From: Candidatus Aenigmatarchaeota archaeon
GTDB lineage: Archaea; Aenigmatarchaeota; Aenigmatarchaeia; QMZP01
NCBI GenBank assembly: GCA_016783545.1
Contig: JADHWJ010000004.1
Coordinates: forward strand, 27,513-91,512
Reading direction: 5' to 3'
Length of the DNA stretch: 64,000 bases
A program made the position numbers and the translations under genes. The notes under the pieces are model-generated. The model was not told the DNA's origin, ran no database searches, and saw only the letters and a program-made list of their open reading frames with translations. This document shows positions 36,350 through 46,022 of this stretch, in pieces. Each line of letters opens with the position of its first letter. The first letter of the stretch is position 1.

Positions 36350-37867
36350 ATGGATAATTTCATAGTTCACTCACTCATAAAGCCAGGTACTATGCACTCA
36401 AGGGACTATCAAGCATCTATACTAAAAACAGCTAAAGAAAAACATACGTTGGCATGCCTACCAACAGGTCTTGGTAAAACACCCATAGCCATACTGTTAA
36501 CTGCACATAGATTGGAAAAATTCCCAGATTCTAAGATAATGGTTTGCGCACCGACAAAGCCTTTGACAGAACAACATTTTAGAAGCTTTAAGAAATTTCT
36601 AAATCTTGATGAAAGTTTTTTTCAGGTTATAACAGGGACAATAAAACCAAATGAAAGAGAAAAATTATATCTAGAAAAAAAACTTATTTTCGCAACTCCG
36701 CAGACAATAAGAAATGACATTGAAAACAAAAGACTCTCTCTAAAAGAATTTTCTCTTTTAGTGATAGATGAAATCCATCATTCAATTGGTGCATATTCCT
36801 ATAATTTTGTTGCAGAGGAATATCTGAAAAATTCCACAAACACAAGAATATTGGGATTAACAGCGAGCCCTGGTGCTACAAGAAACAAAATAGATGAGAT
36901 ATGTAAAAATACAGGAATAGAAGCAGTTGAGATAAAAACAGAAGTTGATGAGGATGTCTCTCCATATGTGAAAGAAAAAGAAATGGGAGTGATTAGCGTT
37001 GAATTACCACCGAGCTTTCTGAAAATAAGAGAGCATTTGGATGTTGTCTATAGAAAAAAAATCAATTCAATAAGTAAATGGGGTCTAAGAAAAAAAGCCT
37101 CAAAAAGAATACTTCTGGAAATGCAAAAGAGATTTATTTTACAGGCGAATCGAGGTGACAAGAGGGCATTTGTAATGATGTCACTCATATCACAGGCCAT
37201 AAAAGTTGAACATTCGATTGGTCTATTAGAGACACAGGGGATATCTATCCTGGAAAAATATTTCCAGAAATTAAGAAAAGATAAAACAAAAGGCGCGCAA
37301 AGACTCTTGAAAGACAAGAATATTTTGAATGCAATGTACTTTGTAGACAAGCTTTATGATGAGGGTGCAAAACATCCGAAAACAGGAAAGCTCTGTCAGA
37401 TTGTAATTGAACAATTAAACGAAAATCCTAAATCCAGAATAATAATCTTTGCAAATTACAGGGATACTGTAAAAGACATAGTTTCTGTCCTTGAGAAGAT
37501 AGATGGTGTAAGACCTGTTATGTTAGTTGGGCAAAAGGAAGGCATTACCCAGAAAAAACAAGTAGAGACAATAAAGAAATTTGAGAGCGGAGAGTTTAAT
37601 ATTTTAATCGGGACAAGCATATCAGAAGAAGGTCTTGATATATCTAAGGCAAACATTGCAATCTTTTATGAACCTGTGCCAAGCCCTCTAAGAAGCATAC
37701 AGCGACGTGGTAGGGTGGGTAGAATGAAAGTTGGTAAAGTTATAATACTTATCACAAAAGGAACAAGGGATGAAGCTTATTACTGGTCTGCTTTTCACAA
37801 AGAAAAGGAAATGAAAAGAATACTCTATGATATGAAATATGGAAGAGGACTTGAAAAGTTCAAGTAG
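36350..37867 (+). CDS. Hef/FANCM/Mph1-family SF2 helicase (no nuclease domain)
   Basis: RDYQ, PTGLGKT, VIDEIHH, LGLTASPG and QRRGRVGR motifs. Confidence 0.7.
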   Translation: MDNFIVHSLIKPGTMHSRDYQASILKTAKEKHTLACLPTGLGKTPIAILLTAHRLEKFPDSKIMVCAPTKPLTEQHFRSFKKFLNLDESFFQVITGTIKPNEREKLYLEKKLIFATPQTIRNDIENKRLSLKEFSLLVIDEIHHSIGAYSYNFVAEEYLKNSTNTRILGLTASPGATRNKIDEICKNTGIEAVEIKTEVDEDVSPYVKEKEMGVISVELPPSFLKIREHLDVVYRKKINSISKWGLRKKASKRILLEMQKRFILQANRGDKRAFVMMSLISQAIKVEHSIGLLETQGISILEKYFQKLRKDKTKGAQRLLKDKNILNAMYFVDKLYDEGAKHPKTGKLCQIVIEQLNENPKSRIIIFANYRDTVKDIVSVLEKIDGVRPVMLVGQKEGITQKKQVETIKKFESGEFNILIGTSISEEGLDISKANIAIFYEPVPSPLRSIQRRGRVGRMKVGKVIILITKGTRDEAYYWSAFHKEKEMKRILYDMKYGRGLEKFK

Positions 37868-37897
37868 GTTTATAATATTTGGATTCTAAACAAAATC

Positions 37898-38206
37898 ATG
37901 GAAATTGAAGAAATGAAAAGACAGGCATTTGCTATGATAGAAGACTATAACAAGAAGAACGGATTGGATCATAATAAAGAAACGGTTTTTCCACATCTAA
38001 TTGAAGAGGTGGGCGAACTTGCAAGAGAGTTGAATCATGGTAAGCTTAACTGGAGAAAAGATTATAACAAAAATAATTTTGAGGAAGAATTGATCGATGT
38101 CTTGATACAGATATTGATACTCGCAAATGATAACAATGTTAATATTGGTGAAGTTTTTGAGAGGAAAATAAAATCTTTGAGGGCTAGATTTGAGCTGGAT
38201 GGATAA
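37898..38206 (+). CDS. MazG-like nucleotide pyrophosphohydrolase
   Basis: LIEEVGELAREL ... EELIDVLIQILILAN four-helix MazG pattern. Confidence 0.55.
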   Translation: MEIEEMKRQAFAMIEDYNKKNGLDHNKETVFPHLIEEVGELARELNHGKLNWRKDYNKNNFEEELIDVLIQILILANDNNVNIGEVFERKIKSLRARFELDG

Positions 38207-38371
38207 ATATATTTACTCCAGAATATATTTCTAAAACAAAAACTGGGCAATATTGCCCTATCTTTCCCCTAGAAGTGTATAGTGGACCATAGAAAACTTT
38301 ATAAAGGGAAATGTGCAAGATATATTATCAATTTATACATATTTAGTGCAGGATAGTGAAATTGGAGTTAT

Positions 38372-39301
38372 ATGCAAGCTAATATAAAATGCCCTGAATG
38401 TAAATCTTCAGGTATTATTTATGATCATTCGAGAGGAGAATCTGTCTGTGACAAATGCGGATTCATAATAAAAGAAAGTATGATTGATCTGACTCAGGAG
38501 TGGAGAGCATTTGATGAAGATCAGAGATCAAGGAGAGCAAGAACCGGAGCAGCACTAACACCAACAAAACATGATCATGGTCTAACAACTGAGATAGGAA
38601 AGGGTAGAGGAGAACTATTCAAAGTTGAATCAAAGAAAAGGGCTCAATATTACAGACTGACAAAGTGGCATAAAAGACTTATTAAATCAAGAGATAGAAA
38701 TCTTTCTTTTGCATTTTCTGAACTTCAAAGACTTGTTTCTTTCTTAAGCCTTTCAAAAGCTGTCCACGAAAAGGTTGCAAGCTTATACAAAGAGGCTGTT
38801 GTAAGAGGATTGGTTAGAGGAAGATCAACAGAATCAATAATTTCAGCTTTGTTATACATAACATGTAGGGAAGAAGGTGCTCCAAGAACTCTTGATGAAA
38901 TAGCAAAGGCTTCAAACATAAACAAGAAAGATGTTGGAAAAACATACAGATACATTGCAAGAAAGCTTGGAATAAGAATACTACCTGCAAAAGCACAGGA
39001 TTATATACCAAGATTCGGTTCATTACTGGACTTATCAGAAAAGGTTCAGGTAAAGGCTGTTGATGTTTTGGACGATGCTACAAAATATGATGTTACTTCA
39101 GGAAAAGGACCAATAGGAGTTGCTGCAGCTGCTTTGTACATATCCGCTGTTCTATCAGGTGAGAAGAAAACCCAAAGAGAGGTTGCAGACATAATCGGTG
39201 TAACTGAGGTTACAATTAGAAATAGGTACAAAGAGATTGTTGAAAGTCTGGGCATAAAGGAAGAAGTTGAAAAGAAAGTCAAAGAACAAGAAGACCTTTA
39301 G
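38372..39301 (+). CDS. tfb: transcription initiation factor IIB (TFB)
   Basis: Zn-ribbon CPECKS...CDKCG, B-reader EWRAFD, two cyclin-like repeats. Confidence 0.9.
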   Translation: MQANIKCPECKSSGIIYDHSRGESVCDKCGFIIKESMIDLTQEWRAFDEDQRSRRARTGAALTPTKHDHGLTTEIGKGRGELFKVESKKRAQYYRLTKWHKRLIKSRDRNLSFAFSELQRLVSFLSLSKAVHEKVASLYKEAVVRGLVRGRSTESIISALLYITCREEGAPRTLDEIAKASNINKKDVGKTYRYIARKLGIRILPAKAQDYIPRFGSLLDLSEKVQVKAVDVLDDATKYDVTSGKGPIGVAAAALYISAVLSGEKKTQREVADIIGVTEVTIRNRYKEIVESLGIKEEVEKKVKEQEDL

Positions 39302-39338
39302 ACCAAGTTTTTATTTAATCCAATACAAATATCTAATC

Positions 39339-39896
39339 ATGAAAAGAATCTTAATACCATCAATTCTTTTATTTTTTCTGTTGTCAGTATCTGTAAGTGC
39401 ATATGAGTTTCAGGTAAAGCTAACACTGGACAATTTAGATAACAAAGTATATATCCCAGGAACCGGTGAGGTGAGCTCTTCTGATATAGTCGATGCAGTT
39501 AATACAAATCCAATACATTTCTATCTAGCATCATACCTTAACAATGTTTTAGCAGGCCTTGTCACCTATAATAAAAATTCAACAGCAATAGCTGTCAGTA
39601 AATCCGGAAGTACACATTCAATACAGGTAAATCAAAACCTTGCAAATTCAAATGCGATTCTTGTTTTTACAAAAGGTAATTGGAAAACAATAGATAACAG
39701 AATAACCCTGATAGAAAGATTAAAATTTCTTTCTAGGATCTCTCCAAGTTTTTCGTATGGTCTGGGTTTGAAATACCCAATCAAACTTTTACTAAGTCCT
39801 GGAATAGATATAGCGAATAACATGACTGCTCAGAGGGGCCTACATAAAATTGCTGTAGAGAATACGGGTTCAGGCGTATCCATAAAAAGTATATAA
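39339..39896 (+). CDS. secreted hypothetical protein
   Basis: Internal start MKRILIPSILLFFLLSVSVSAYE (signal peptide). The track ORF 39267-39896 overlaps the tfb 3' end. Confidence 0.4.
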   Translation: MKRILIPSILLFFLLSVSVSAYEFQVKLTLDNLDNKVYIPGTGEVSSSDIVDAVNTNPIHFYLASYLNNVLAGLVTYNKNSTAIAVSKSGSTHSIQVNQNLANSNAILVFTKGNWKTIDNRITLIERLKFLSRISPSFSYGLGLKYPIKLLLSPGIDIANNMTAQRGLHKIAVENTGSGVSIKSI

Positions 39897-39918
39897 ACCC
39901 ATTTATCCATTTTCAAGT

Positions 39919-40293
39919 ATGAAAGTGCTTGCAGGCGGAACTTTTAATAATATTCACAAAGGACATGTTTTTTTCATTAGTGAATGTAAAAAGCTGGGTG
40001 ACTTCTTAGTTATTGTTATAGCAAACGATAGCACTGTTCTTAAAAGAAAAAAACTTTTAAGAAATGCAGAAAAGAGAAAGGAATCTGTTGAATCATTAGG
40101 AATTGCTGATAGTGTTATTATAGGTAATGAAAAAAATCACCTGGAAATAATTGAGAAAGAAAGACCTGATATAATTGCTCTCGGTTATGACCAGAAGATG
40201 CCCGGGCTTGAAGAAAAGACAAAAGAACTTGGACTGAAAATTATTAGGATAAAAAAATTAGAAGGATATTCCACCAGAGCTAACATTAGGTGA
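39919..40293 (+). CDS. ribL: cytidylyltransferase-family nucleotidyltransferase (RibL FAD synthase-like)
   Basis: GGTFNNIHKGH (GTFxxxHxGH), VIVIANDSTV, PDIIALGYDQ. Confidence 0.5.
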   Translation: MKVLAGGTFNNIHKGHVFFISECKKLGDFLVIVIANDSTVLKRKKLLRNAEKRKESVESLGIADSVIIGNEKNHLEIIEKERPDIIALGYDQKMPGLEEKTKELGLKIIRIKKLEGYSTRANIR

Positions 40294-40942
40294 CCTGAAG
40301 TTCGCTTAGAGGGCATTTTATATATTCACCTTCTATTTCACATCCAGGAGGCATCTGAATACCACCAACTTCACCCTGTTCTAAAAGATTAGAAATATTC
40401 TTCAAATCATCTGGTGACATACCCAACATTGAATAAAGATCTTCATTTGTATCAGGTAATCCCTGAAAGTTTAATAGTAAATATGCAACAAATGCGATTA
40501 TTATAACAATACCGATTATTGTGAATTTGTTTATCCCCTTTCCTTCAAATTTCTTTGCAGTGTTTATTCTATTCTCCAGTTTCTTTATAACACCTTTTAG
40601 CCTTTCAATATCCTCTCTTCTATATGTAACAAAAAATAAACCAATACCGAATACTATCGATGACACAAGACCTCCAATAAAAAGGTCTATTTGCATAAGC
40701 TTAAGAATACCTGTGCTAAATGACTGGAAAAAACCAGACAGTGGTACAGCGCTAATTAAACATAGAAATCCAATACCAATACCAAGTAAAAATTTTAAAA
40801 TAGGATGTATATATGCCCTATAAAATCTAGTTGCAAGAGAACCGAAAAACAGTATGAAAAACACATAAAAAATTATCTGGGAAAAAAATAAAATTTGTGG
40901 TAATTGGTTTATTATTTCCATCATACCTGCTATCGGTGGCAT
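40286..40942 (-). CDS. membrane protein, unknown function
   Basis: Four or five hydrophobic helices. No motif recognised. Confidence 0.4.
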   Translation of the reverse strand: MPPIAGMMEIINQLPQILFFSQIIFYVFFILFFGSLATRFYRAYIHPILKFLLGIGIGFLCLISAVPLSGFFQSFSTGILKLMQIDLFIGGLVSSIVFGIGLFFVTYRREDIERLKGVIKKLENRINTAKKFEGKGINKFTIIGIVIIIAFVAYLLLNFQGLPDTNEDLYSMLGMSPDDLKNISNLLEQGEVGGIQMPPGCEIEGEYIKCPLSELQVT

Positions 40943-41023
40943 ATTTTTTTATTTATTTTCAGGATTAATAAACTATCTGTCACTGTGAACCTTTTTAAAG
41001 GCTAAATGTAATTAATTAGAATT

Positions 41024-41476
41024 ATGGCAAGAATGTATAGTAGGAAAAGAGGGAAATCAAGTTCAAAAAAGCCCTCAAAGAAATCCGCGAGTTGGGTAAA
41101 ATACAAACCAACAGAAGTAAACGAACTTATAGTTAAGCTCGCAGGTGATGGCCACCAATCAAATTTTATAGGAATAATTCTTAGAGATAGGTATGGAATT
41201 CCTGATGTGAAGACCATAGCCAAAAAATCAATAGTGCAGATAATGAAAGACAAAAAAGTCTATTCAAAACTTCCTGAAGATTTGCTTAATATGCTAAAAA
41301 GAGCAGTTAATTTAGATGAACATTTGAAGAAAAATAAAAGAGATTATACATCAAAAAGAGGTTTAGAACTAACTGAATCAAAAATAAGAAGACTGGCCAA
41401 ATATTATAAAAGAAAAGAAGTTCTCCAGGCTGATTGGAAGTATGATCTAGAGAGAGCAAGACTTCTGGTTAAATAA
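41024..41476 (+). CDS. rps15: 30S ribosomal protein S15 (uS15/S13e)
   Basis: [14 protein letters not shown]..., [12 protein letters not shown], ...[19 protein letters not shown]. Confidence 0.85.
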   Translation: MARMYSRKRGKSSSKKPSKKSASWVKYKPTEVNELIVKLAGDGHQSNFIGIILRDRYGIPDVKTIAKKSIVQIMKDKKVYSKLPEDLLNMLKRAVNLDEHLKKNKRDYTSKRGLELTESKIRRLAKYYKRKEVLQADWKYDLERARLLVK

Positions 41477-41487
41477 AATCTATTTTT

Positions 41488-41607
41488 AGGGCAAGGCCCT
41501 TATAGTGGGATAACAAATTTATCAGGAGGAGGTTTATAAGGGGGCAAGGCCCTTATAGTGGGATAACAAATTTATCAGGAGGAGGTTTATAAGGGGGCAA
41601 GGCCCTT
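41488..41607. repeat. 53-bp direct tandem repeat, ~2.3 copies
   Basis: The unit GGGCAAGGCCCTTATAGTGGGATAACAAATTTATCAGGAGGAGGTTTATAAGG repeats with period 53 (GCAAGG at 41491, 41544, 41597). It lies between the convergent S15 and surface-protein genes. Confidence 0.85.
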
Positions 41608-42430
41608 ATTTTGGTTTAAAAGAATACTTTGAATCATCTTTTTTTTCTGATTTAACTTTTTCTGACTTTAGTTTTGGTACATTAAGTTTAAGCTTAGGGA
41701 ATTTAAGAAATTTCTTTCCCCGAGTAAATGCAAAGAAAATAAGCAAACCCACAACAAATCCTATTCCAAAAAATGTTGGTTGAGTGGCAGTTAATTTCCC
41801 TGTTATTTCACCAAGATGTTGTTTTTCTGTTTCAAGCACTTCTTTTTCACCGCTCAGGTCAGATATCCTACCAGTTAAATCATTAACTTTTCTTTCGAGT
41901 TCTGTCTTTTCTGTATTCAGGGATTCATATTTTGATTTGTATTGCTCTATGTCATCTATTCTACTGCTGAGATTTGTTCTCATGCTATTGATTATGTTCT
42001 CAAGCTCATATTTCAGATTGGATATTTCTGCATTTACATTAGCCAGGCTTTGAAGATTCTCAACTTCATTTATAGATAATGTAACCTTGATATCAAGGTC
42101 AGCAAGCTTGACATTATTCGCATTAATCTGTGTAGTATATGTTCCCACACCAACATCCGATGGAACCGCTACTTTAACATTAACATATGTTGGAACATAC
42201 GCAAGTATATTTGTACTATAATTTGAATTTCCCTCGAATGTCACCCAGCTATTTGGGGAAGTAAATGTGATTGTTTGGGTTGTATTTTCTGTGTTCTGCA
42301 CAACCAACGCATAATTATAATCAGTTCCTTTTTCAATAGTTATTGACATGTCAGGAGTTGGGGTTGATAGGGCATAAACGCTGTTAATCAGTAGCAGAAA
42401 AGCGAAAACACCGAAAAATACCGATTTCAT
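41606..42430 (-). CDS. surface-anchored protein: signal peptide, beta-rich domain, coiled coil, C-terminal TM and Lys-rich tail
   Basis: MKSVFFGVFAFLLLINSVYA signal. Coiled-coil segment (LENIINSMR...LERKVNDLTGRISDLSGEKEVLE). TM FFGIGFVVGLLIFFAF. Confidence 0.45.
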   Translation of the reverse strand: MKSVFFGVFAFLLLINSVYALSTPTPDMSITIEKGTDYNYALVVQNTENTTQTITFTSPNSWVTFEGNSNYSTNILAYVPTYVNVKVAVPSDVGVGTYTTQINANNVKLADLDIKVTLSINEVENLQSLANVNAEISNLKYELENIINSMRTNLSSRIDDIEQYKSKYESLNTEKTELERKVNDLTGRISDLSGEKEVLETEKQHLGEITGKLTATQPTFFGIGFVVGLLIFFAFTRGKKFLKFPKLKLNVPKLKSEKVKSEKKDDSKYSFKPK

Positions 42431-42522
42431 AACTAATTATTATTAAAGCACATATTTATGTTTAATTTATGTCTGACCAATAATACTATAGATAAGCAGC
42501 GTAACAAATTAGAAGGTCGATT

Positions 42523-44139
42523 ATGGAAGCCGCAAAAAAACAGAGATTATCGAAATTAGTTGAATATCTGGAAAACATTAAAGGTAGGCATACCGAACTG
42601 GTTACAGTCTATATACCAAGCGGATACAATATAAATAAAGTCGCTGAGCAATTGAGACAAGAACAGAGCACAGCACAAAACATAAAAAGTAAGGCCGTGA
42701 GAAAGAATGTTTTGTCTGCATTGGAAAAAATATTACAACATCTAAAACTCTACAGACAAACACCTGCAAACGGACTGGCTATATTCTGCGGTAATGTTTC
42801 TGAGAAAGACGGCACTGCTGATATTGAAATGTGGGCAATTGAGCCACCAGAATCAGTTAAACTAAGACTTTATAGATGCGATCAGAATTTCATTCTGGAC
42901 CATCTTAGAGATATGGTGAGAGAAAAAGAAATATACGGACTCGTTGTGATAGACAAATCAGATGCTGAAGTAGGGCTTCTGAAGGGAAAGAAAATAGAAC
43001 CCCTTAAACATTCTGAGAGTAATGTTCCTGGAAAAACAAAGGCCGGTGGGTGGTGTGTACATGAAAAAACCAATATAGAAACAAACAGCCAAACGATCGT
43101 TGATAAACTAAAAGAAGGTGATAAAATAAAATCATTTGATTTTGAAAATAAAAGAATAGTAAAATCCTTCTGCAAAAGAAAATTTTCAAGGAAATCTAAA
43201 GTAGCATATAAAATTGGAATAAGATATTCAAAGCTTATGGTTACAGGAGAACATTTATTTTTTCTATCATTTGACAAAAAAACAAAACCAGCGGATTGTT
43301 TGGAAATCGGAGATAATGTTTTATTCTATGATGGGTTCAAAGTTGAGAGGGAAAAAATCACTTCAATAAAAAAAATCAAAAATCCAAAAGGCCTTTTCTT
43401 TGATTTGGAAGTCCCAAATTACCAAAGTTTTATGGCAAATGGCTTCATTCTTCACAATTCACAGGCCAGATACCAACGAATCCGTGAGAACATGCTTAAT
43501 GATTTTCTGAGAAAAGTTGGTGAGATTGTAAATTCAAAGTTCAAAGAGATGAGAGACCTAAAAGGCATAATAATAGGAGGTCCTGCTGGAGTAAAAGAGC
43601 AGTTTGCTGAGGGAAAATATCTTGAGCCTCCAATCAAGAAAAAAATCATAGGTATTGTTGATACATCGTATACAGGCGAACCTGGGTTAAAAGAACTTAT
43701 TGAACGATCAGACGAGCTGATTTCAGAGGCATCTGCGATAAGAGAGAACAAAATACTAGAGAGGTTCTTTGGAGAGCTTGCAACTGATGGCCTGGCTGTT
43801 TATGGATTTGTAGAGACAATAGAAGCACTGAAAAATGGAAATGTTGAGATGCTTTTGCTCTCAGAGAGCTTTGACTGGGTAAAAGCAAAGCTTGAATGTC
43901 CTAAGTGTGGCGGAGGTGCAGAGGTTGAGGAAAAGGAAGAATTCCTTAAAGACGAGAGATGTTCTAATTGCAAGTCAGCAATGACGGTTGTTGCAAAAGC
44001 AGAGCTTATCGATGAAATGATAAAACTTGCTGAACAGATGGGTTCTGATGTTGAGATGATTTCTGATGAAAGTCCAAGAGGTATTCAGGTAAAAGAACTT
44101 GGTGGGATAGCTGGAATCTTAAGATATAAGACGGAGTAG
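42523..44139 (+). CDS. prf1: peptide chain release factor aRF1, interrupted by a mini-intein
   Basis: aRF1 collinearity (NIKS-region AQNIKSKAVRKN; GG...SQARYQRIRE; C-terminal domain). 538 aa minus the 135-aa intein gives 403 aa. Confidence 0.85.
   Translation: MEAAKKQRLSKLVEYLENIKGRHTELVTVYIPSGYNINKVAEQLRQEQSTAQNIKSKAVRKNVLSALEKILQHLKLYRQTPANGLAIFCGNVSEKDGTADIEMWAIEPPESVKLRLYRCDQNFILDHLRDMVREKEIYGLVVIDKSDAEVGLLKGKKIEPLKHSESNVPGKTKAGGWCVHEKTNIETNSQTIVDKLKEGDKIKSFDFENKRIVKSFCKRKFSRKSKVAYKIGIRYSKLMVTGEHLFFLSFDKKTKPADCLEIGDNVLFYDGFKVEREKITSIKKIKNPKGLFFDLEVPNYQSFMANGFILHNSQARYQRIRENMLNDFLRKVGEIVNSKFKEMRDLKGIIIGGPAGVKEQFAEGKYLEPPIKKKIIGIVDTSYTGEPGLKELIERSDELISEASAIRENKILERFFGELATDGLAVYGFVETIEALKNGNVEMLLLSESFDWVKAKLECPKCGGGAEVEEKEEFLKDERCSNCKSAMTVVAKAELIDEMIKLAEQMGSDVEMISDESPRGIQVKELGGIAGILRYKTE
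43054..43458 (+). mobile_element. mini-intein (135 aa, no endonuclease domain) in the aRF1 GGQ loop
   Basis: Starts with Cys (CVHEKT). Block B LMVTGEH (TxxH). Block F FFDLEVPNYQSFMANG. Block G FILHN followed by Ser+1. Confidence 0.7.
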
Positions 44140-44141
44140 GT

Positions 44142-44513
44142 ATGGGAATAAAAGCAGAATTTAATTGTGACATGGCACTAAGAGATATTTCTGAGTTCAA
44201 AAATGGGAACAGAAAGCTTGAGGAATGCATTCCAGAGAAACTGGAAGCCGGAAAGGTCTATGATTTTCTCAAAAAAGACCAAAGACTTTATTATATTTCT
44301 GATGATCCTCAGTGGGATTTTGGAGAAATTCCTTTATGTGTAACACAAGGAGAAGGAAAATTATCAAGACCATTAGCAAGCGTAAAAATTTTAGAAGCAA
44401 CGCATTTCCTTCTTAATGGAGAGATTCATACAAAAGGAAAGTATAAAGTGATTGAAGTCTTTGACCCAAAAGACCCTAAGATACATTTTGAAAACCTGAA
44501 AAGAATTAAATAA
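44142..44513 (+). CDS. hypothetical protein
   Basis: 123-aa ORF starting 2 nt after aRF1. No motif recognised. Confidence 0.35.
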   Translation: MGIKAEFNCDMALRDISEFKNGNRKLEECIPEKLEAGKVYDFLKKDQRLYYISDDPQWDFGEIPLCVTQGEGKLSRPLASVKILEATHFLLNGEIHTKGKYKVIEVFDPKDPKIHFENLKRIK

Positions 44514-44581
44514 CAATACATTTTGCCGAAAAAAATATTCTAAAATAATCGATATAAATAGTTTGGATTCAAATTAAACTC

Positions 44582-45196
44582 ATGCCTAATACACAAGATA
44601 TAGTAGTTGTGGATATAGATGGTACAGTAGCAGACTGTTGCGAGAGAAAATTCAAATCTTTGCATGATTCTGGTGTACATATCCTGGAAACCGAGGATTT
44701 TTTTGTTGACTCGCATTTAACACCAGAGCAATTGAAGACATTTCTTTCCATATTCCTTTCCAATAAATATATTCATTTAGATGAGCCAGTTCCATATGCT
44801 GCAGAAGTTCTTCAAAGACTGGAAAAATCTGGAAAAAGAATAGTCTATCTTACAGCTCGCCATGATTCTGATTCTGAAGACTCTATGAGATGGGGAACAA
44901 TTCAGTGGTTGAAGAGGTATAACTTTCCCCTTGACACGGATCACCTATTCATGAAAATTGATAAAGGCGAGAGTAATAGGGAATGCAAAGAAAGAGAGAT
45001 GAGAGAGATATCAGGATTAGGAAACGTTTATGCTGGTATAGGAGACATGAGAGAAGATGCGGACGTTTATTTAAAATTTACTAGTAATTGTGTATTATTG
45101 ACAACCTTTCACCCAGAAAGCGAGTATGAAGGATTAGACAAAAGAGTAAAGCTTGTGGATGATTGGCAACAGATAGGAAGATATTTAGGAGTTTAA
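44582..45196 (+). CDS. HAD-superfamily phosphatase
   Basis: Motif I VVVDIDGTV, motif II YLTAR, motif IV GIGDMREDAD. Confidence 0.6.
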   Translation: MPNTQDIVVVDIDGTVADCCERKFKSLHDSGVHILETEDFFVDSHLTPEQLKTFLSIFLSNKYIHLDEPVPYAAEVLQRLEKSGKRIVYLTARHDSDSEDSMRWGTIQWLKRYNFPLDTDHLFMKIDKGESNRECKEREMREISGLGNVYAGIGDMREDADVYLKFTSNCVLLTTFHPESEYEGLDKRVKLVDDWQQIGRYLGV

Positions 45197-45910
45197 ATGT
45201 CACCTGAACGTTCAGTTGAATTTTTTGGAGAAGTGCCAAAAGCGCTTTGTAAAAGCAAACTTGTAGTTAGTCATCTAAGAGATGTTGCAAGAGAATTGGG
45301 AGACAATACCCTAGAACAAGGATTTAGTGGTGTTGCTGTTCCAGATGAACTTGGACCATACCTATTAACATTATATATGAACGAAGTAATGATGGATGCA
45401 ATGGACAGATTACAATGCCAGGGCGCATCTCTTTTCCATGAAGGTCCTGATGAAGATTATTTATATGGTTGTGTTGGTTCGATATCTGACAGACTTAGGG
45501 TTAGGAACATATCTGCTACAAAGGCAACAACCGTCATTAAAGTAGGAAAACAATCCCCGGATAGATTTACTCCATTATGTTGGAGAGAGAAAAGACCAAT
45601 GATTTCAATTTCACCTGGCGCAGAAGAAGATATTTCACTAGAAGTATACAATACCACTACTAATGCGTTAGAAGAAACAAGACCAATGAAAAGCAGTAGC
45701 AGGGATAGTAGTGTTGACGAAGGTACAGGAATTAGTACAAGTAGCGCAATTTATGTTCCTGTTATGGTAGGCAATTCCCCGTATGGTGTAGTAAGGGCCT
45801 ATAGAACCAGTGGAGATAGGTTTATTGCTGATGATGTACCTAAACTTCTAAGACTGGGAAAAGAAGAGGCACCACTTTTTGAGTTATTTCACAGAGTTTA
45901 TGGGGAGTAG
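45197..45910 (+). CDS. hypothetical protein (possible GAF-like C-terminal region)
   Basis: 237-aa ORF whose start abuts the HAD stop. VPVMVGNSPYGVVRAYRTSGDRFIADDVPKLLRLG resembles the end of a GAF domain. Visibly less AT-rich than its neighbours. Confidence 0.3.
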   Translation: MSPERSVEFFGEVPKALCKSKLVVSHLRDVARELGDNTLEQGFSGVAVPDELGPYLLTLYMNEVMMDAMDRLQCQGASLFHEGPDEDYLYGCVGSISDRLRVRNISATKATTVIKVGKQSPDRFTPLCWREKRPMISISPGAEEDISLEVYNTTTNALEETRPMKSSSRDSSVDEGTGISTSSAIYVPVMVGNSPYGVVRAYRTSGDRFIADDVPKLLRLGKEEAPLFELFHRVYGE

Positions 45911-46022
45911 TTTAAAATATTTCTAAACTATAGTTCCTGACAAAATAAATCAGAATATTTCAGGAACTGAATAGCTAATGATGATTTCTAACTTATTATA
46001 ATATTATCTATAATTAATTATT

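Noticed and set aside
38237-38250. Perfect palindrome GGGCAATATTGCCC downstream of the MazG-like gene, as a possible regulatory site.
   Set aside because: It is a single short hairpin without a following T-tract or repeats. There is not enough evidence to call it a terminator or operator.
41488-41607. Possible CRISPR array.
   Set aside because: The repeats are directly adjacent with no spacers, the unit is 53 nt with only ~2.3 copies, and there are no cas genes in the window.
45975-46022. Box C-like AATGATGA upstream of the cyclase gene, as a possible C/D box sRNA.
   Set aside because: No box D (CTGA) or C'/D' elements lie at an appropriate distance downstream. The match is probably chance in AT-rich intergenic DNA.
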